Notes under the pieces: generated by a model
Databases searched by the model: none
Told to the model about the DNA's origin: nothing
What the model saw: only the letters and a program-made list of their open reading frames with translations
Part shown: one piece after another, positions 12,957 to 27,410 of the stretch
How positions within the stretch are numbered: position 1 is the stretch's first letter
Layout of the letters: the number at the start of each line of letters is the position of its first letter
Assembly: GCA_012295275.1 (NCBI GenBank)
Contig: CM022674.1
Coordinates: 13,144,001-13,208,000 of the forward strand
DNA from: Chrysomallon squamiferum
Taxonomy: Eukaryota > Animalia > Mollusca
Direction of reading: 5' to 3'
DNA: 64,000 nt
Translations under genes and position numbers: made by a program

Positions 12957-13521
12957 ATAAAAATAAGAACAAGAAATATATAGGTTTGCATCTATGTAAG
13001 TCTATTTCTAACATAACTAAATAATAATAATAATATTATTATTATTATTGTTATTATTAAAAGTAAATACAGGTGTTGTACAGGTGTACGTAGGTAAATG
13101 GGTGCCAAGGTGTATATGTTTCTCACACTCTGCTGTAACATTTGATATAAAAATAAATGAATGAGAAAACCACACCCACTTTTGTGACAGGAGGGTGTCA
13201 GAACATGCCTGCACGTTTGTGTTGTTTGTGCGAGGAAAGTTTAACTTTCTGTACATAGTTTTCATTCATTGTTCAGTGAAGAGGTGAAAACAGAAAGAGT
13301 GAAAAATAATATAAGATGATAATAGTTTGAACGAGAAATGTAGAGAAAAATATGTAGAAAATAATGAAGAAGAAATATGGTCTGATTTTGAAAGAGAAAA
13401 GTTAGGTGGGTGAATGTACATAGACAGACAGACAGACAGACCAACAGACAAATTCAGAAATAGATTGAGAAGATGGAAAGAGATGTTATTAAGGAAATAA
13501 AGATTAAGTATACATTTTAAA

Positions 13522-13528
13522 GGAGAGA

Positions 13529-13601
<73 letters not shown>

Positions 13602-13634
13602 TTACAGAGAGAGAGACAGAGAGAAAGAGAGACA

Positions 13635-13719
<85 letters not shown>
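13522..13719. repeat. Long interrupted (GA)n microsatellite
   Basis: Directly visible. Confidence 0.9.
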
Positions 13720-15256
13720 TAAAAACTCTAGAAGATGACCAAGCCTTTTTTCCACACTCTTAAAAATCTTTATTAAGTTATTTCAAGAAATAACTATATT
13801 TAAATTTGCTCTTTCTCCCAACTCAAAACATCCACTTTGATCCATCACGACACAAAGATGCAACGATGTGGTCAAGCAAACTGCACAGAGGTTTACTCCT
13901 GCCGTTGTTGTCCCTGTGGTTGCAGCTGCAGTCATAGTTTTGTTTTTAGTTCTCCTGTTCTGTTCTCTTTCGTGGGAAATTAATTGTGTTATCTGAATTC
14001 AAGTCTGTTATGTCACAAATGAGTTCTGTCTTGTGTGAGTTTGTTTTCTCACTGGGGAGAGAAATTTCTGTCTACGTGAGTTTTCACAATTAAACTGCTT
14101 TATTTGAGAATATCCGGTACAGTTAGTGGGGCCCTATTGAGGATTTAAATTTTTTTTTACTTTATTCATAAAAGACTTATTGTTTTAATTTACTGGAATT
14201 CCTAATTTTTTTTTTTTAAATTTTTTATACATATATTTTTGATTTAAATGTCATTTTCTTTGTAATTTAATTTTTTTTTTTTTTCTTTTTATGATGATAT
14301 AAATAAAAACATTAATTTTTTTTCGTGTAAAATAAATAAATAAATAATAATAATTTAAATGCACATTAATTTTCAATACAGTATCAAAAATGTTGTAATT
14401 CTATACGCCTTCTTACACAAAGATTTGACAAAGCCAATAGTATTAATTTAAAAAAAATTAAATAAATAAAACATTAATTCAAGAAATTGTTTTAAATATT
14501 TTATTAAAACTTTTATTATCCAATACCCACATTAATGCAGGAATTACTTAATAAAAATTTAAATGAAACCATTATAATTCTGTTTAAAAAATAATAAATT
14601 AATTTAAGTACTGTATATTTATATTAGATATATTACAAAAATATTATCCATTAATGCATTTAATGTCTTTATGATTTGACATTAGTATTCTTTTTGTTAT
14701 TGTTTTTTATTATTATTATTATTATTATTTATTATTGTTGTTATTATTAATGTTTATTATTTTATTATTGTTGTTGTTATCATTATTTTAAATTACAAAA
14801 AACATTAATTTAAAATGCACCCCCTGCATTGCAATGTAACATCCTGTTAAAAACAAACATTTCTAAAAATAGAATATTTCCCAGTCACCTTGTCGTTTAT
14901 TTATTTTTTGTCCCAAATGTGAAGGCTGCAATGTGTAAACAGTATTTTTCTTTGGTCACTGTTTAAACTGTTTTGATTGTTTTTCTTTCAGACCTTACTT
15001 TTTTTTTTTTCTTTTTTCTTCTTGTTTTGTTGTGTATCTGTGTGTGTTTTTGTGTGTCCTGGGTTTTAAACAAACTGAAGTCCGAATGCCTGGAGAGTTT
15101 TGCGGACAATGGTTGAAGCAACATTTTGTTTCTTCTTCTGCTTGCTTTGAGATGTAGAGTAAAGCTTGTATATAATAGCATGGGTGAAAAAAAATACAGA
15201 TTTGTTTTCCTGAATAAAGCAACACGATGGTTGTTTGAACTGGCAGGAATGTAGTG

Positions 15257-15326
<70 letters not shown>

Positions 15327-16370
15327 ATGTAGGTGAGGTATGTGTTTTTCTTAAATATATGTCTTCGATTTATGATTAAATTACACATACGGAGTTTACC
15401 TAAATTTACCTGTGTTATTCATTTTCTGATTTTAAAATTTCATTCTTAAACAAATTAATTTACACACCTATATTTTAATGAAATTTCCTTTGTTGTTTAT
15501 TTTGAGGTTTTTCTTGTATTTCCTAACACATCTTTATTTTATATATAATCAAGTTTACACACATGAATTTACCTGAGTTATACATTTTTCAGAATTTTAA
15601 ATTTTTCTCACTCGATATATCTGCGACATATCATTCGTTTTTCAATTACACATTTCATTCAGTGTCCTAGCAGCACGACAGACACTGACAAGTCAGGATA
15701 ACATTAACTCTTCCACTTAATCATATCCTTTAGCTCAGAAATCCCTCACTTTTAAATAGAAAATAAAATCAAATCATTTCTTCCTCATCTTTTCATCTCT
15801 AACAGTTTGATGTCTGCCTCAAACGCGACGTCTTACAGGGACTTGTATTTGCTAACACTTTTTAAAAGCCACATGAATATTACATGTTTCAGCTTTTCCA
15901 ACAGCGAGGAGCATTTTTTTTTTTTCTTCTTCTTCTTCTTCTTCTTCTTCTTCTTTTCTTGTCGTCTGCAATTCGGTCTTTTGTGCGATGATGGGAAGCA
16001 GTAGGGAAAAGCTGCAATAAATAAGGTTCTTTTTCCTCCCTTTATTCGCGGTCTATTCACTTCATGCATTTTCAACTGAGACGTAAACCTTTCTTCTGAT
16101 CGCTTTCAAACCGCAGCCCCCACCAGTAAATAGCCGAATTACAACTACACAAACAAGAGACGAACGGAATATACATCGGCGTTGTCGACGATGTATGCTC
16201 CGCGGCAGACAAAGAAGGGAGAAGAATAATTCTCCACGTAACTGGACGATTAATATGCGAGGAAATGACTGGCCCAGCACTCGGATCGCAGAAAGCTTTT
16301 TAAGGCGAGAAATATCGGAGATTTATTCAATCGGCATCTTGTAATTCGACGGCAATAAAAAGGACAAGGG

Positions 16371-16418
<48 letters not shown>

Positions 16419-17159
16419 GATAGAAATATTTCCATATTGTGTGAGCGGTTTGAAACAGAATTGGGATACTTGAATGGATTGTGAAATAATGACAGCATTC
16501 GGAGAAAGAAAATTAAATTATCAATACTTCTTGTAGGAAAAGGAATGGCAATTGTGAAAAGAAAAAGAGAATTGTGAATAAAAAAAAAATTGTAGAATGT
16601 AAAATAATCGATACATTAAAAGATTATCATTTTTTTTTCTTCTAATTTGGATTTTTATTATTATTATTTTGGTTGGAGATTAATACCAGATTACAAGAGA
16701 GAAAGAGAGAAAGAAAAAGAATGGCTGAACAAAACAGCGATAGAAAGAGAAAGAAAGAAAATAAAGGGAGAGATTGATTCACAGATTAATGAAGTTATTA
16801 GATAATGTTAAAATATAAAGAAATACATATTAAAATGCTGACAGCTTAACTTTTAAAGCTATACATTTTTTTTTTTTTTTTTTTACTATGCCTAATAAAT
16901 GTTTCCAAAACATGCACATGCATGCATTTATTTTAATTATGTTTCGTGTCCTACTTGAATAAACTCCGAATACTTTTTGCACTGAATTATTAATAACAAC
17001 AAAAAAAAAAACATATAATTTCGAGTATTGAATTATTTAAAAACATTTGAACATGCAGTGACAGATCAGGAAAAATGTGATTCTACTGTGGTGGGTTTGA
17101 CAATACAACTGAAAAATGTTTTAAAGAAAAAAAAGACTTGATTAAAAATCAGGACATGA

Positions 17160-17430
17160 AAGCCAAGGATCTTCAGCAACCACTGTGACAGTGGATCTGT
17201 TACATGCTGAGATTTTCCACATGGATCCATGGTGCTTAAATTTCTGCATGGATCTATGAAAATTGGATTTCTGCATGGATCCACAACAATTGGATTTGCA
17301 TCCATGACAACTGCATTTCCCCATGGATCCATGATGGTTGGATGTCTGCATGGATCAGTGACAATTGCATGTGTACATGGATCCATGACAGTTGGATTTT
17401 CTTGTACAACAATGGCAGCTGGATTTCCCT
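17160..17430. repeat. Degenerate 27-bp minisatellite, consensus approx. CATGGATCCATGACAGTTGGATTTCTG
   Basis: 'catggatc' at 17220, 17248, 17275, 17322, 17349 and 17376, mostly at 27-nt spacing. Confidence 0.85.
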
Positions 17431-17639
17431 GTAATAAGCACAGACAGAGAGAAAATACCTAAAGACACTGTTTATCCAGTGTGTTTAAAGATAGCAGATT
17501 TTTATTGCAGTGATTAAGTGTATTTATATTTACTTAAAACAGTTTTGCCTCTGTTTCTGCAGTTTGCACATGAAGCTGCACAGATAACATCTGTTGGTGA
17601 AAAGACAAAATATTTGTGTTGTAATACCCTCTCTGTATT

Positions 17640-17990
17640 GTCAGATCAAGTTTAAATTTTCATATTGTCAGAACTGGTCTGCTTTTTGTATCAGTCAGTG
17701 ATTCTTTCTTTCTAGGTTTATCTTCTAACAACACTTGCGTGTTTCTGAATAATGTACATCTTAGAACTTACAGATAAAAGTCACTGATGTTATCTGCTTC
17801 GGTTCTTTGTTAAACGAATATTCTTTATACCAATAATTCATTATAAAATAAAATTTTTGCTTTTTGTATCAGTCTGTGATTTTTATTTCAGCTTCTGTTC
17901 ATTTTTAATCTTCCGAGAACACCTGTGTTTTTCTGAATACAGCAAATTCTTGAATTAACAGATCAAGTTTAGATAATGTTGTCTACTTTT
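17640..17990. repeat. Diverged ~180-bp direct duplication
   Basis: 'gctttttgtatcagtc.gtgatt...tttctgaata...cagat.aa' begins near 17681 and again near 17859. Confidence 0.65.
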
Positions 17991-18300
17991 ATTGTCTGTT
18001 AAGCGGAGGTTTCACTGTATTTTGTCGTTCGCTGTAAACAGCTTATTTTGTTGGCTGTAAAAATTTATAGCCTAATTTGCAAGAATAAAAAAGATTTGAT
18101 TTACGATTAGGTATCAAAATATTTTACACTGAATAAACCAGTTTTATTTCATTTATACATAGTCCATTTTATTTATGCCGTGAGTATCTCATTTTATTTT
18201 ATTCACTCTCAGAATATTGATCCGTTTCAGTTACAAAATTAAATTTTCAGTTCTGTTTTAGATTTTGTTCAGATTTTGTTCAGATTTTGTTTATTCTTCG

Positions 18301-18435
18301 GAAACCAGTATATTTTATTTTGTACTTTGTGTACCAGTATATTTTTTTACTCTTTGAAAACCAGTATATTTTATTTACTATTCGAAAACCAGTATATTTT
18401 TTTACTTTTCAAAAACCAGTATATTTTATTTGTAT
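18301..18435. repeat. ~27-28 bp tandem repeat 'aaaaccagtatattttattt'
   Basis: Five 'accagtatattt' motifs at regular spacing. Confidence 0.85.
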
Positions 18436-20062
18436 TTAGTGTAGCAGTTCATGTTTATTTATGTTCAAAATACCGGTCTATTTTATTTATATTCAGAGTA
18501 CTGGTCTATTTTATACTTGGTACCAGTCTTTATTTTCAGAACACGTCTGTTTTTCTTCTTGGTAAACCAGTGGAATCAGATTTGTACAGTTCAACTCTGC
18601 ATTTGTTTTCAAAACAAACAACACAACAGCTGCACAGGCAAAGCTGAAAAGCTGGAATTGAATTGGTTTCTGCGATAACGTTCAAACGATTTCCCCTCTT
18701 TAAGAGTTTTATCGTTGCTTTTGCAAGAGAAAACAGCTCTCGGTTTTCACCTTTTTTTTCTTTAAAGGAAAGAAAGAAAAACAAAGTTTTATGAAAAGAC
18801 AAGTTGAGGATTAACTGCAATAATTAAAAAAAAAAAAAGTGTTGAAAAGAATAAATTAAAGTAAAGAAAAGATGAAAGAAAAACAGCAACTGAAAATAAA
18901 CATGTCCATGCTTCATCTTTAACCTTTTACCAGTTAATTATAAATTTAAAAAAATATATATATATATATATATATATATAAAGAAAATAAAAATTAAAAA
19001 AAATGTTTATAAATATTGGTGGCACAGGAATTTGGCAGCTGTGAAGTTTTTCTTATTTATATTTATTTATATTTTTTTTTTTTTTTTATTTTTTTTAAAA
19101 TAAGGAAAATGTTTCACCTTAAATCTTTGAGCAGACAGTTTTTCAGTGTTTACAGTGACAGGCTTCAGTATCTGTCTTTATTAGCAGACTCTTCAGGTTA
19201 ATTTCCGTTCAAACTAGTACTCCATCATGGGTTTATCAAAATGTTACGTTTTTTCCTATCTGTGAGAAGGTACAAATAAAATATAATTTGTTGCTATTTG
19301 AAATGGCATAGACAGTTGTTTGCTAACAGTGGATTTTCCTTTGTTGTATCTGTTTGGTCGTTTCTAAGTGTACAAAGCCATTCAACTGTAGATTAAAAAT
19401 ATATTGTTGAATTAAACATGATTTCTTTTCATCATCATCACTGTCATCATCATAAATATCATCATCATTATTGTCATCACTACTACCATCACACTCAGTA
19501 GTAACATTACCCTCATCATCATAATCATTATCATATCATCATCATCATCATCATCATTATTCAGTTTTTCTTATTCATAATTTCTGAATTTTTCTATCCT
19601 GTTTTAAAACGTAGCTTTCGGAAACCTTGCATTGTTACAGCTAACACGTATGAGAAAACCCATCTATAATTTATAGCAAAAAAAGCAAAAAAATGAAAAA
19701 TTAATTACATCAATGGAATTCTGAGTTTTCTAAAGGTTCAGAATGGATCTAGTTTCCATGTTGAAAAGATGAATGGAAACAATTAGCAGTTTGGTGTTCC
19801 TGTTGTGTTTTTCAACTGAAAACTGTTTTATTTTTATCAGCATACTGACACGTGTACCCTAACAGTGACCCCGCCCTCCTTCTGGGTTACCCCCTCCTCC
19901 CTGCAGTATATTGTTAAAACTTAATTGACACTATCCCAGCCTCTCTCTGGTTTTACATACTTTATGTGTGACGTCTGTGAATATAAATTGCATTATAATA
20001 TGATTCATTCTTTAACGAATTAATTTGCAGCCAATTTATCCAGCATAAAATATTAATTAAAT

Positions 20063-20102
<40 letters not shown>

Positions 20103-20896
20103 TATTAAATTTAAAAGATTAATGACAATAAAAGAAGCCAATATGACTTTTTTTAAAAAGATTTTTTTTAAAAAACCTTCTTTTGAGGATGTATGTTTCT
20201 TTAAAAGTTGTTTTTTTTTTTCTCTAATATTTCTCTTCTTTTCTTTCTTCTCTAATTAAACGTATTTATCAGTCAATTGGAACAGTTGTAAAGGTAAAAA
20301 TCTCTTAATTGGAAACAAATGGTACATTTCGCCAGACACATAACTTATCAATTGCCGTGGCACAGACAGAGTGCAGGGTTAAAAACAAAAAAAAAAAAAA
20401 AAAACAAGCCTTGGATCGTAAAGAAAGGTTAAAAACGACTGGCAACATCGTTTTAACAAGAAATCCCGATAACAGACTTAATCTCGACTCAAATTAACGT
20501 GATGTATGTACACAGCGATAAAGATAGCTTGTCACAGGGGTGTTCATTACAATCAGACCGTACATCCTCTGCAGTGACACTGCAGCTCTGCCTCGACTAC
20601 CACAACAGCGCTGTCTGCAGCGACTGACTTTGGTTAATCAGTGGAGCTGCAGGGGATTGTGGGAGCTGCAGGGAATTGTGGGATATATCTGGTTTTATGG
20701 TCGTTCAGAACTGATGTGTTGCGACTTGGTGGATTCCTGACCCGGAATAAAACTGTTATCATCCACTTGTATGTTGTTATTAGTTACTGTCATGTGTGTA
20801 TTAATCTTATTTATTTGTTTGTCTGTAACTGTTTATTTATTTATTTATTTATTTATATATTATTAATACTATTATTATTATTATTACTTTTATTAC

Positions 20897-20987
<91 letters not shown>

Positions 20988-21213
20988 TAATTAATCAATT
21001 TATTAATTTATTTATTTTATTATTATTATTAACTCTTGAATAAGTAAGGTCATTTAGGGTTGGATTGGGAAATTAGATTTAAAATTTTGTTACAAGTAAT
21101 TGAAATGTAATTATGTTAGGTGATAATAAAAATAACAGATTTTGTTAGAGAGAAAATAAAAATAAAATTGTAAAAATTAGATAACCTCATATACACAAGC
21201 AGGAACATTCAAC

Positions 21214-21295
<82 letters not shown>

Positions 21296-23159
21296 CAAAA
21301 CAACCAGAACACATACACAAATGACTGTAAAACAATCTTTAAACCAAAATATGGAAAAGCATCACCGGTGCTGTTTACCATTATCAAAGGATTACTTAAA
21401 TTTCAGATTTTTACGATCAGCAAATTGTTTTTCTTCTTCTTCTCCTTCTACATTTCAGCTTTACTGCTGAACTCACATTAATGTAAAGAGATTATTAATA
21501 CAACTCACCAATCTACTCAACGCAACTATCGGTTGTTTAAAGGCAGATTAGTTTTATAGCAAATAGTTTTTTGATTGTCTGATTTTCACTAGACTGGTCT
21601 GCTGGTGTAAGTTCAAAGTAAATGTCAGTTAATAGCAGTTTGGGCAGCGATCAACGAAGGATCAGTATAGGATTTTGTCCCTCGAGACTGTTTTCCAGAA
21701 AGCTGATATTGATGATGTTTTAAAACTGATATGCAACGTAGAATGGGTTTTTGTTGGAAATGTCAACACAGGAGCATAAAAAAAAAAAAAAAACTGTTAA
21801 AAATTTAAAAAAAAAGAAGAAAAAAAAAAAGAAGGAAATTGTTTTTATCAAGATTTTATTAAAAGAAAATGTTAAAAAAATAAAATAATTGAAAAATGTA
21901 ATATGAAATTAAATTTAAATTACTGTTAAATAAATTAACTGAAGTGAAATAAATGGAAGCAAAATGAAAATATAATAAAAAGTTTTTAGTTAAATTAATA
22001 AAATAATAAACAAAACCACCCCTTCCAAAAAAAAAAAAGAAAAGAAAAGAAAAAGAAATCCAACAAAAAACAAGAACAGAATTAAATGATCATAAAAACA
22101 GCTTTTAAATTATTTTCATACAACAAAAGAAAAAATAATTACATGTAAAACTATAAAAAAAAATCAAATAAATTTTTTTACTTGATAAACAAATTACTTT
22201 CTGTTTCAAAGAATTCAATCAATTTCCTTGAAATTTTAGAAGACAACAACAAAAAAAAAATCATTACTATTCTTTAATCGTACATTTTTGATGGTTTTTT
22301 TTATGTTAACTTGTATGTATTGGTTTATGAGGGTGCACATCTCAAAAAAAAAAAAAAAGAATTAGAATTGTCTTTATGAATGTGATCTAAGTCTCATGGT
22401 CTTTCACAGATTCCAGGGTTTGGAATTTGGTTCTAATCTGAAATCATAATTCTACATAATTGATGAGTTATGCTTGATACCATCTGTAACAGTTTCATTC
22501 TGTTTTTTTTTTAATTTTTTTTCATCATGTTTCTGTACAATGGAATTTTTTTTTTTACCAGAAATTTTAAAGTATTTGTTGTTGGAAAATGTGTTGATTT
22601 TTCATAAATTAAAATGTTTAAACTCTTTTTATAAAAATATATGTCTGTCTGTTAAATATTTTATATTTTAAAATGTCTTAAGATCTTTTTCTTGTGATGT
22701 ATGTCTGTAATTTTTAGAATTTGAGTAATGTTGAAGCATGTTTGTTGTGGACACAATTTGAACATTTACAGATAACTGTCAAACACAAATTTCTTAATGA
22801 TTAAATAAAAAAAGGAGAGAAAGTGAATAACAACACAACAAAATTTAAAATAAAATCAATGACAGTTTGATACCTCAACAATAAAATAATAATAATGAAA
22901 ATACAAATAATAATAATAATAAATTAAACGAAATAAAATCAGCTCTATAAAGGTTGATTAATTGACAGCTGAGAAATAATTGAAACGAAACTAACTAAAA
23001 AAAAAAAAAAAAAACATCAACAATGTGAAGATATCTGTAAATTATATCTCCTGTCATAACATGCACCATGAACAAATCGATTCACCAAAATAACGTTCGG
23101 ATCCATTTTCATTTTTATGTCGAAAAAATCACATTTCATTTTATGATTACAACTTGAAG

Positions 23160-23193
<34 letters not shown>

Positions 23194-23758
23194 TGATTAT
23201 ACAGACTGAGTCCAGAGGGCAAATCAGTCCAGCCCTGTACTTGAACCCACTCTCCTCTTCATTAACCTGGCATCTCTGTGCAAGAGACCAAACTCAGGCT
23301 TTTAATAAACTCCGTCTGCTGCCTCTGCTGCTGCTGTGGTTGTTGCTGCAGGCAAGTAAGGAATGACGTAGTAGTGGCTGTAACTTTTTTTTTTTGTTGT
23401 TGAGCAACAAATTGGAGCAACTCAGTGTTGAAATTACTGTCACGTTTTTGGCACAATTTTTAAAAAATAATCTGAAATATTTTTATGTGACATATTTTGC
23501 AATAATCAACGAGGAAATAACACAAAGGAGACAATAAGGAGAATGGAACCTGGTACCTGTTACATCTGAGACTGGCAGTCTAACCACAGAGCTACAGCTG
23601 CTGTGAATACATGTGATTGCTGAGATTCCGTGTGTCTGTGTGTCTGTGTGTGTCAAACTGAGACGTGTTGTGTGGAAGATACTGTCTGCTATAAAACTGA
23701 TAACCACATAGCTAGTATCAGAAAGCTTCCTGTCAACGTCTCCTGGGTTGAGAGTAAG

Positions 23759-23836
23759 TCTACATTAACTGAACATTACACTATCTACATTAACTGAACA
23801 TTACACTATCTACATTAACTGAACATTACACTATCT
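23759..23836. repeat. Perfect 25-bp tandem repeat x3 (TCTACATTAACTGAACATTACACTA)
   Basis: Three consecutive identical copies. Confidence 0.92.
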
Positions 23837-24311
23837 CACAACAAGTAAATAAAACCCAGCCACTTAATCTTCTTACATTTTACAAATTATTCTCCTCATG
23901 CTGACTGACACTTCAGATCAGTTCCTGATTTTTTATTTTTTTTTTATAATTTATTTTATTACTGTTTGCTAAAAAAAGGAAAAATAAAATTATATATATA
24001 TTTAAATAAAATAAAAATATCAAGACGCATTTTTCATTTTATTTTTATTTTTTAAATTTTAGTTTGTTACCTGATTGCAAAAAAAAAAAAAAAAAAGGTC
24101 TCAAGATCCATTCTGTCAATGTGTTGTCCCTTCATCCATCTTTATATCCTTCAGTGTGTGTGTCTGTCCATCATTGAAACAATCCGTTGATATGTTCATC
24201 AGTCTGGTGTTGTGATTATCAGATACCTGAATTCATATATTTATTTTTGAGTTACAATATATTTATTATTAAGATTATTATCATGTTATTGTTTTTATTA
24301 CTGTTATGTTG

Positions 24312-24358
<47 letters not shown>

Positions 24359-25367
24359 GTTATTAGTATTTATACTGCTACTGCTACTGCTACTGCTAAG
24401 ATTACTGTTTCATTTTATAATTATTATTACGAAAAATTATTTTCTTCAGTTTATTTCTCACATCAATCAGTTTTCTCTCCGACACAAGAAAATTAACGTC
24501 TCAAATTAAAACTATCCATCTTAGTGGACATCTGTTACTCTTCAACTGGACGATGGTCATAATGGTCAGAAATTTCATTCCACTCACAAATTTGGCCTCG
24601 GAGAATGACCACCAGAGAGTGTTTACACTGAGTCCTCCAGACTTTCTGCTCACCTCGAATATCAAATACACTTATTTTTACAATTTCATCATTCATCAAT
24701 TTTTCTTCTGCCAGTGCATTCAGTGTTTGTTCTGCTGCGATGGCTGAGTCAATACTGGTGATGAGACGAAGAAAATGAATTTTATTTGGTGGACAAAAGC
24801 AGTCGCTTACACTCAGACAAACACATCAAAGAAAAGTGTGCGTGGTTTTTTCTTTTCTTTTCTTAGACTCACCATTGCCTTCATGATGAATGGCTGGGTA
24901 GAAATCTTATATTTACTTGTTTTATTCTTTGTAAATATGTTACAGAGAGGGACAAAAAAGGAACGTTTATCATACATTTTTTTTAAATTTATAATTTTTT
25001 TTTAATGGTAATAGTCATTCTTTTTTGCTTCTCATTCAGTACTACGAACTTTTTTTTTTTTTGTGTGTGTGTTCTTTATACTGATATCTATTCTATTCTA
25101 GTGTATTGTACATGAGAAACAATTTTTTATTTTTTTATTTTTTTTTTTTTTTAAAATTATATAGCAATATCTATTCTACTGTTTTGTGCCCCTATTGGAA
25201 ATGTGACAGTCAAGAAAATTTGTCTGTCTGTGAAATGGATCTGAGTGTATTGTGTGAGTCAGGCTGATAAAGACCTTCCACAGGAAAACACACACAAAAA
25301 AAACCCCACAGGCCTCTTCAGATAGTGGCAAGATAAGCCAGGACAGGCGAGATTAAGGCTTAACATT

Positions 25368-25588
25368 CTCCCCCCACACCACCCAACCACCCACAGCCAT
25401 GGCTTGACCCCTTGAAATGATCGTCATAGTGACATTTAGATATCTTATTTACCATCGACTGTACAGCCAAGTTGTCCTCCCCCCACCACCCGACCCCCCT
25501 TGCCATCATGGCTTGACCCCGTGAAATAGTCTGTCTTAGTGATATTTAGATATTCTTGTTTGCCCTTGACTGCAGAGCCAAGTTGTTT
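25368..25588. repeat. Diverged ~110-bp direct duplication with C-rich lead
   Basis: 'catggcttgacccc.tgaaat...tagtga.atttagatat...gactg.a.agccaagttgt' occurs twice (near 25398 and 25507). Confidence 0.8.
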
Positions 25589-26317
25589 TTGTTCGGTGAC
25601 CGCTGGTCAGTTGGATAAACAAATACCCTTTGTGAAGGTGTTGACCAAATCCGAGATGGGTTTATTTATCAGCAAATATTAGATCTTTACACGGGGTTTT
25701 TGTGTGACCCGTACCAAAGTTGTTGTTTTTTTTGTCTGTTTGTCTGTTTGTCTGTGTGTTTCTGGTAGGTTTCAAGTGTGATACAACAGTCCTGACTCAC
25801 TGTCAAATACAAATACAAGTCTGGAAATTTATTTTGTTTTATTTATTATGGATCAGTGAATTTGGTGATCTTGTTGTTTTTAGATTATCTGTAGGAGATT
25901 TGTGGTTTCCTTGGTTTTATGGGTTTATGTTAGAAAGATTCTGTTGTTGTTAAAATAATCTCATGTGACTGTCTATCACTGAACTGTGTAATTTTATAAA
26001 CAAATACAGATATATCACAAGCACGCATGTATTCATAAAATAAATATTTTCAGTAATCTTGGACATGTAATTATAGAAATCTATATTAATAGTTTAATAT
26101 TTGTGTTGTAAAGACTGAGAACTTGTTAAAAAACAAACTGAAATATCTCTGAGAACACTGATGGTCTTGTTTAAAACAGCACACATCTCTCTTTTCCTCT
26201 GTTTTGGTATCAGTTTGTCTGTCACTAACAAACATGTTATTAAACACACATTTATAAAAGCCACAGATGTGATAAGATAAATAAATTCATATTCATAACA
26301 TTTATATTACTAAGATT

Positions 26318-26318
26318 T

Positions 26319-26397
<79 letters not shown>

Positions 26398-27410
26398 ACA
26401 CATTACTAAAGCCTACATTTATCTACATGAAGTAATGACAATACACTGATATTAATAACATAAAGATTGAGATCTTGTAAAATAAAAATAAAATTTGTCC
26501 ACAAACTGGAAACTAACTGATGAAAGATTTACTAGATAACTTTATCTGTGTTTATTTCACTGGAAAACAAATCTGTATTAAAATAAAGACATCAGTAACA
26601 ACTTGTTACTAAGACTTTATTACTTAAATAAAATAATATACATTTTTACTCAATCCAAGATTTATATATATCAGTATCTGTGTTTATTTCACTGGAAAAC
26701 AAATCATTGTCTGTATTAAAATAACAGCACTAATAACACCATTTATCAAGTTATTAATCTTTATTAACTAAATAAATAAAAGCAATTTTAACTATAACTT
26801 TATTTAGTACAAAATTTATTTGATCTATAGTTATTTTGCAAGAAAAAAAACAGACATCAATGATAAAATATTAGTGATAATAACAAAATGTCTTCATTGC
26901 TATATCAAAGCTGTATTTGTTGTAATTAATATGAGATTTAAAATATTCAGGTTTCTGGCTTAATAGATAAATTAACACTGTCAGTATTTCAATAGAAAAT
27001 CTAGATATCACCAAAGACAAAATGTTAGTTATCATATCAAAATGTCTTCAATTATTATTATAACTAAACTTCTAATAAATATTCAGATTCAAAATATACC
27101 CTGGTTTAACTGATAAACTGACACTAACATTATCTGTTTCAATAGAAAATACAGATATCACAAAACACTGACACCATGATAGCAGTCAGATCAAAATGTC
27201 TCTATTACTCTAACAAGCTACAGTTAAAAATCTATTCAGGGTTTGATCTGCTGTATAAGATTGCCAGTGATTATTTCAGTAGATAATATTGATATCATTA
27301 ATTAGCAGTATGTTGGGATCATGTCAAAAATATCTTTATTACTAGATCTGAGCTAGAACCATTTTAGATAAGTATGAGATTTAAATCTATTTGTGGTCTG
27401 GTTTTGTTGA
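26318..27410 (-). repeat. Dispersed non-coding repeat, copy B (inverted relative to copy A), with extra degenerate subunits
   Basis: Begins with (CT)n(CA)n. 26441-26490 is the diverged reverse complement of 4516-4569, and 27061-27160 of ~3832-3950. Boundaries approximate. Confidence 0.85.

Noticed and set aside
23310-23361. Signal-peptide-like LRLLPLLLLWLLLQA followed by a phase-1 GTAAG donor
   Set aside because: No in-frame ATG, it derives from a (CTG)n-like tract, it lies downstream of the exon it would need to precede, and its phase does not fit the phase-0 acceptor at 50362.
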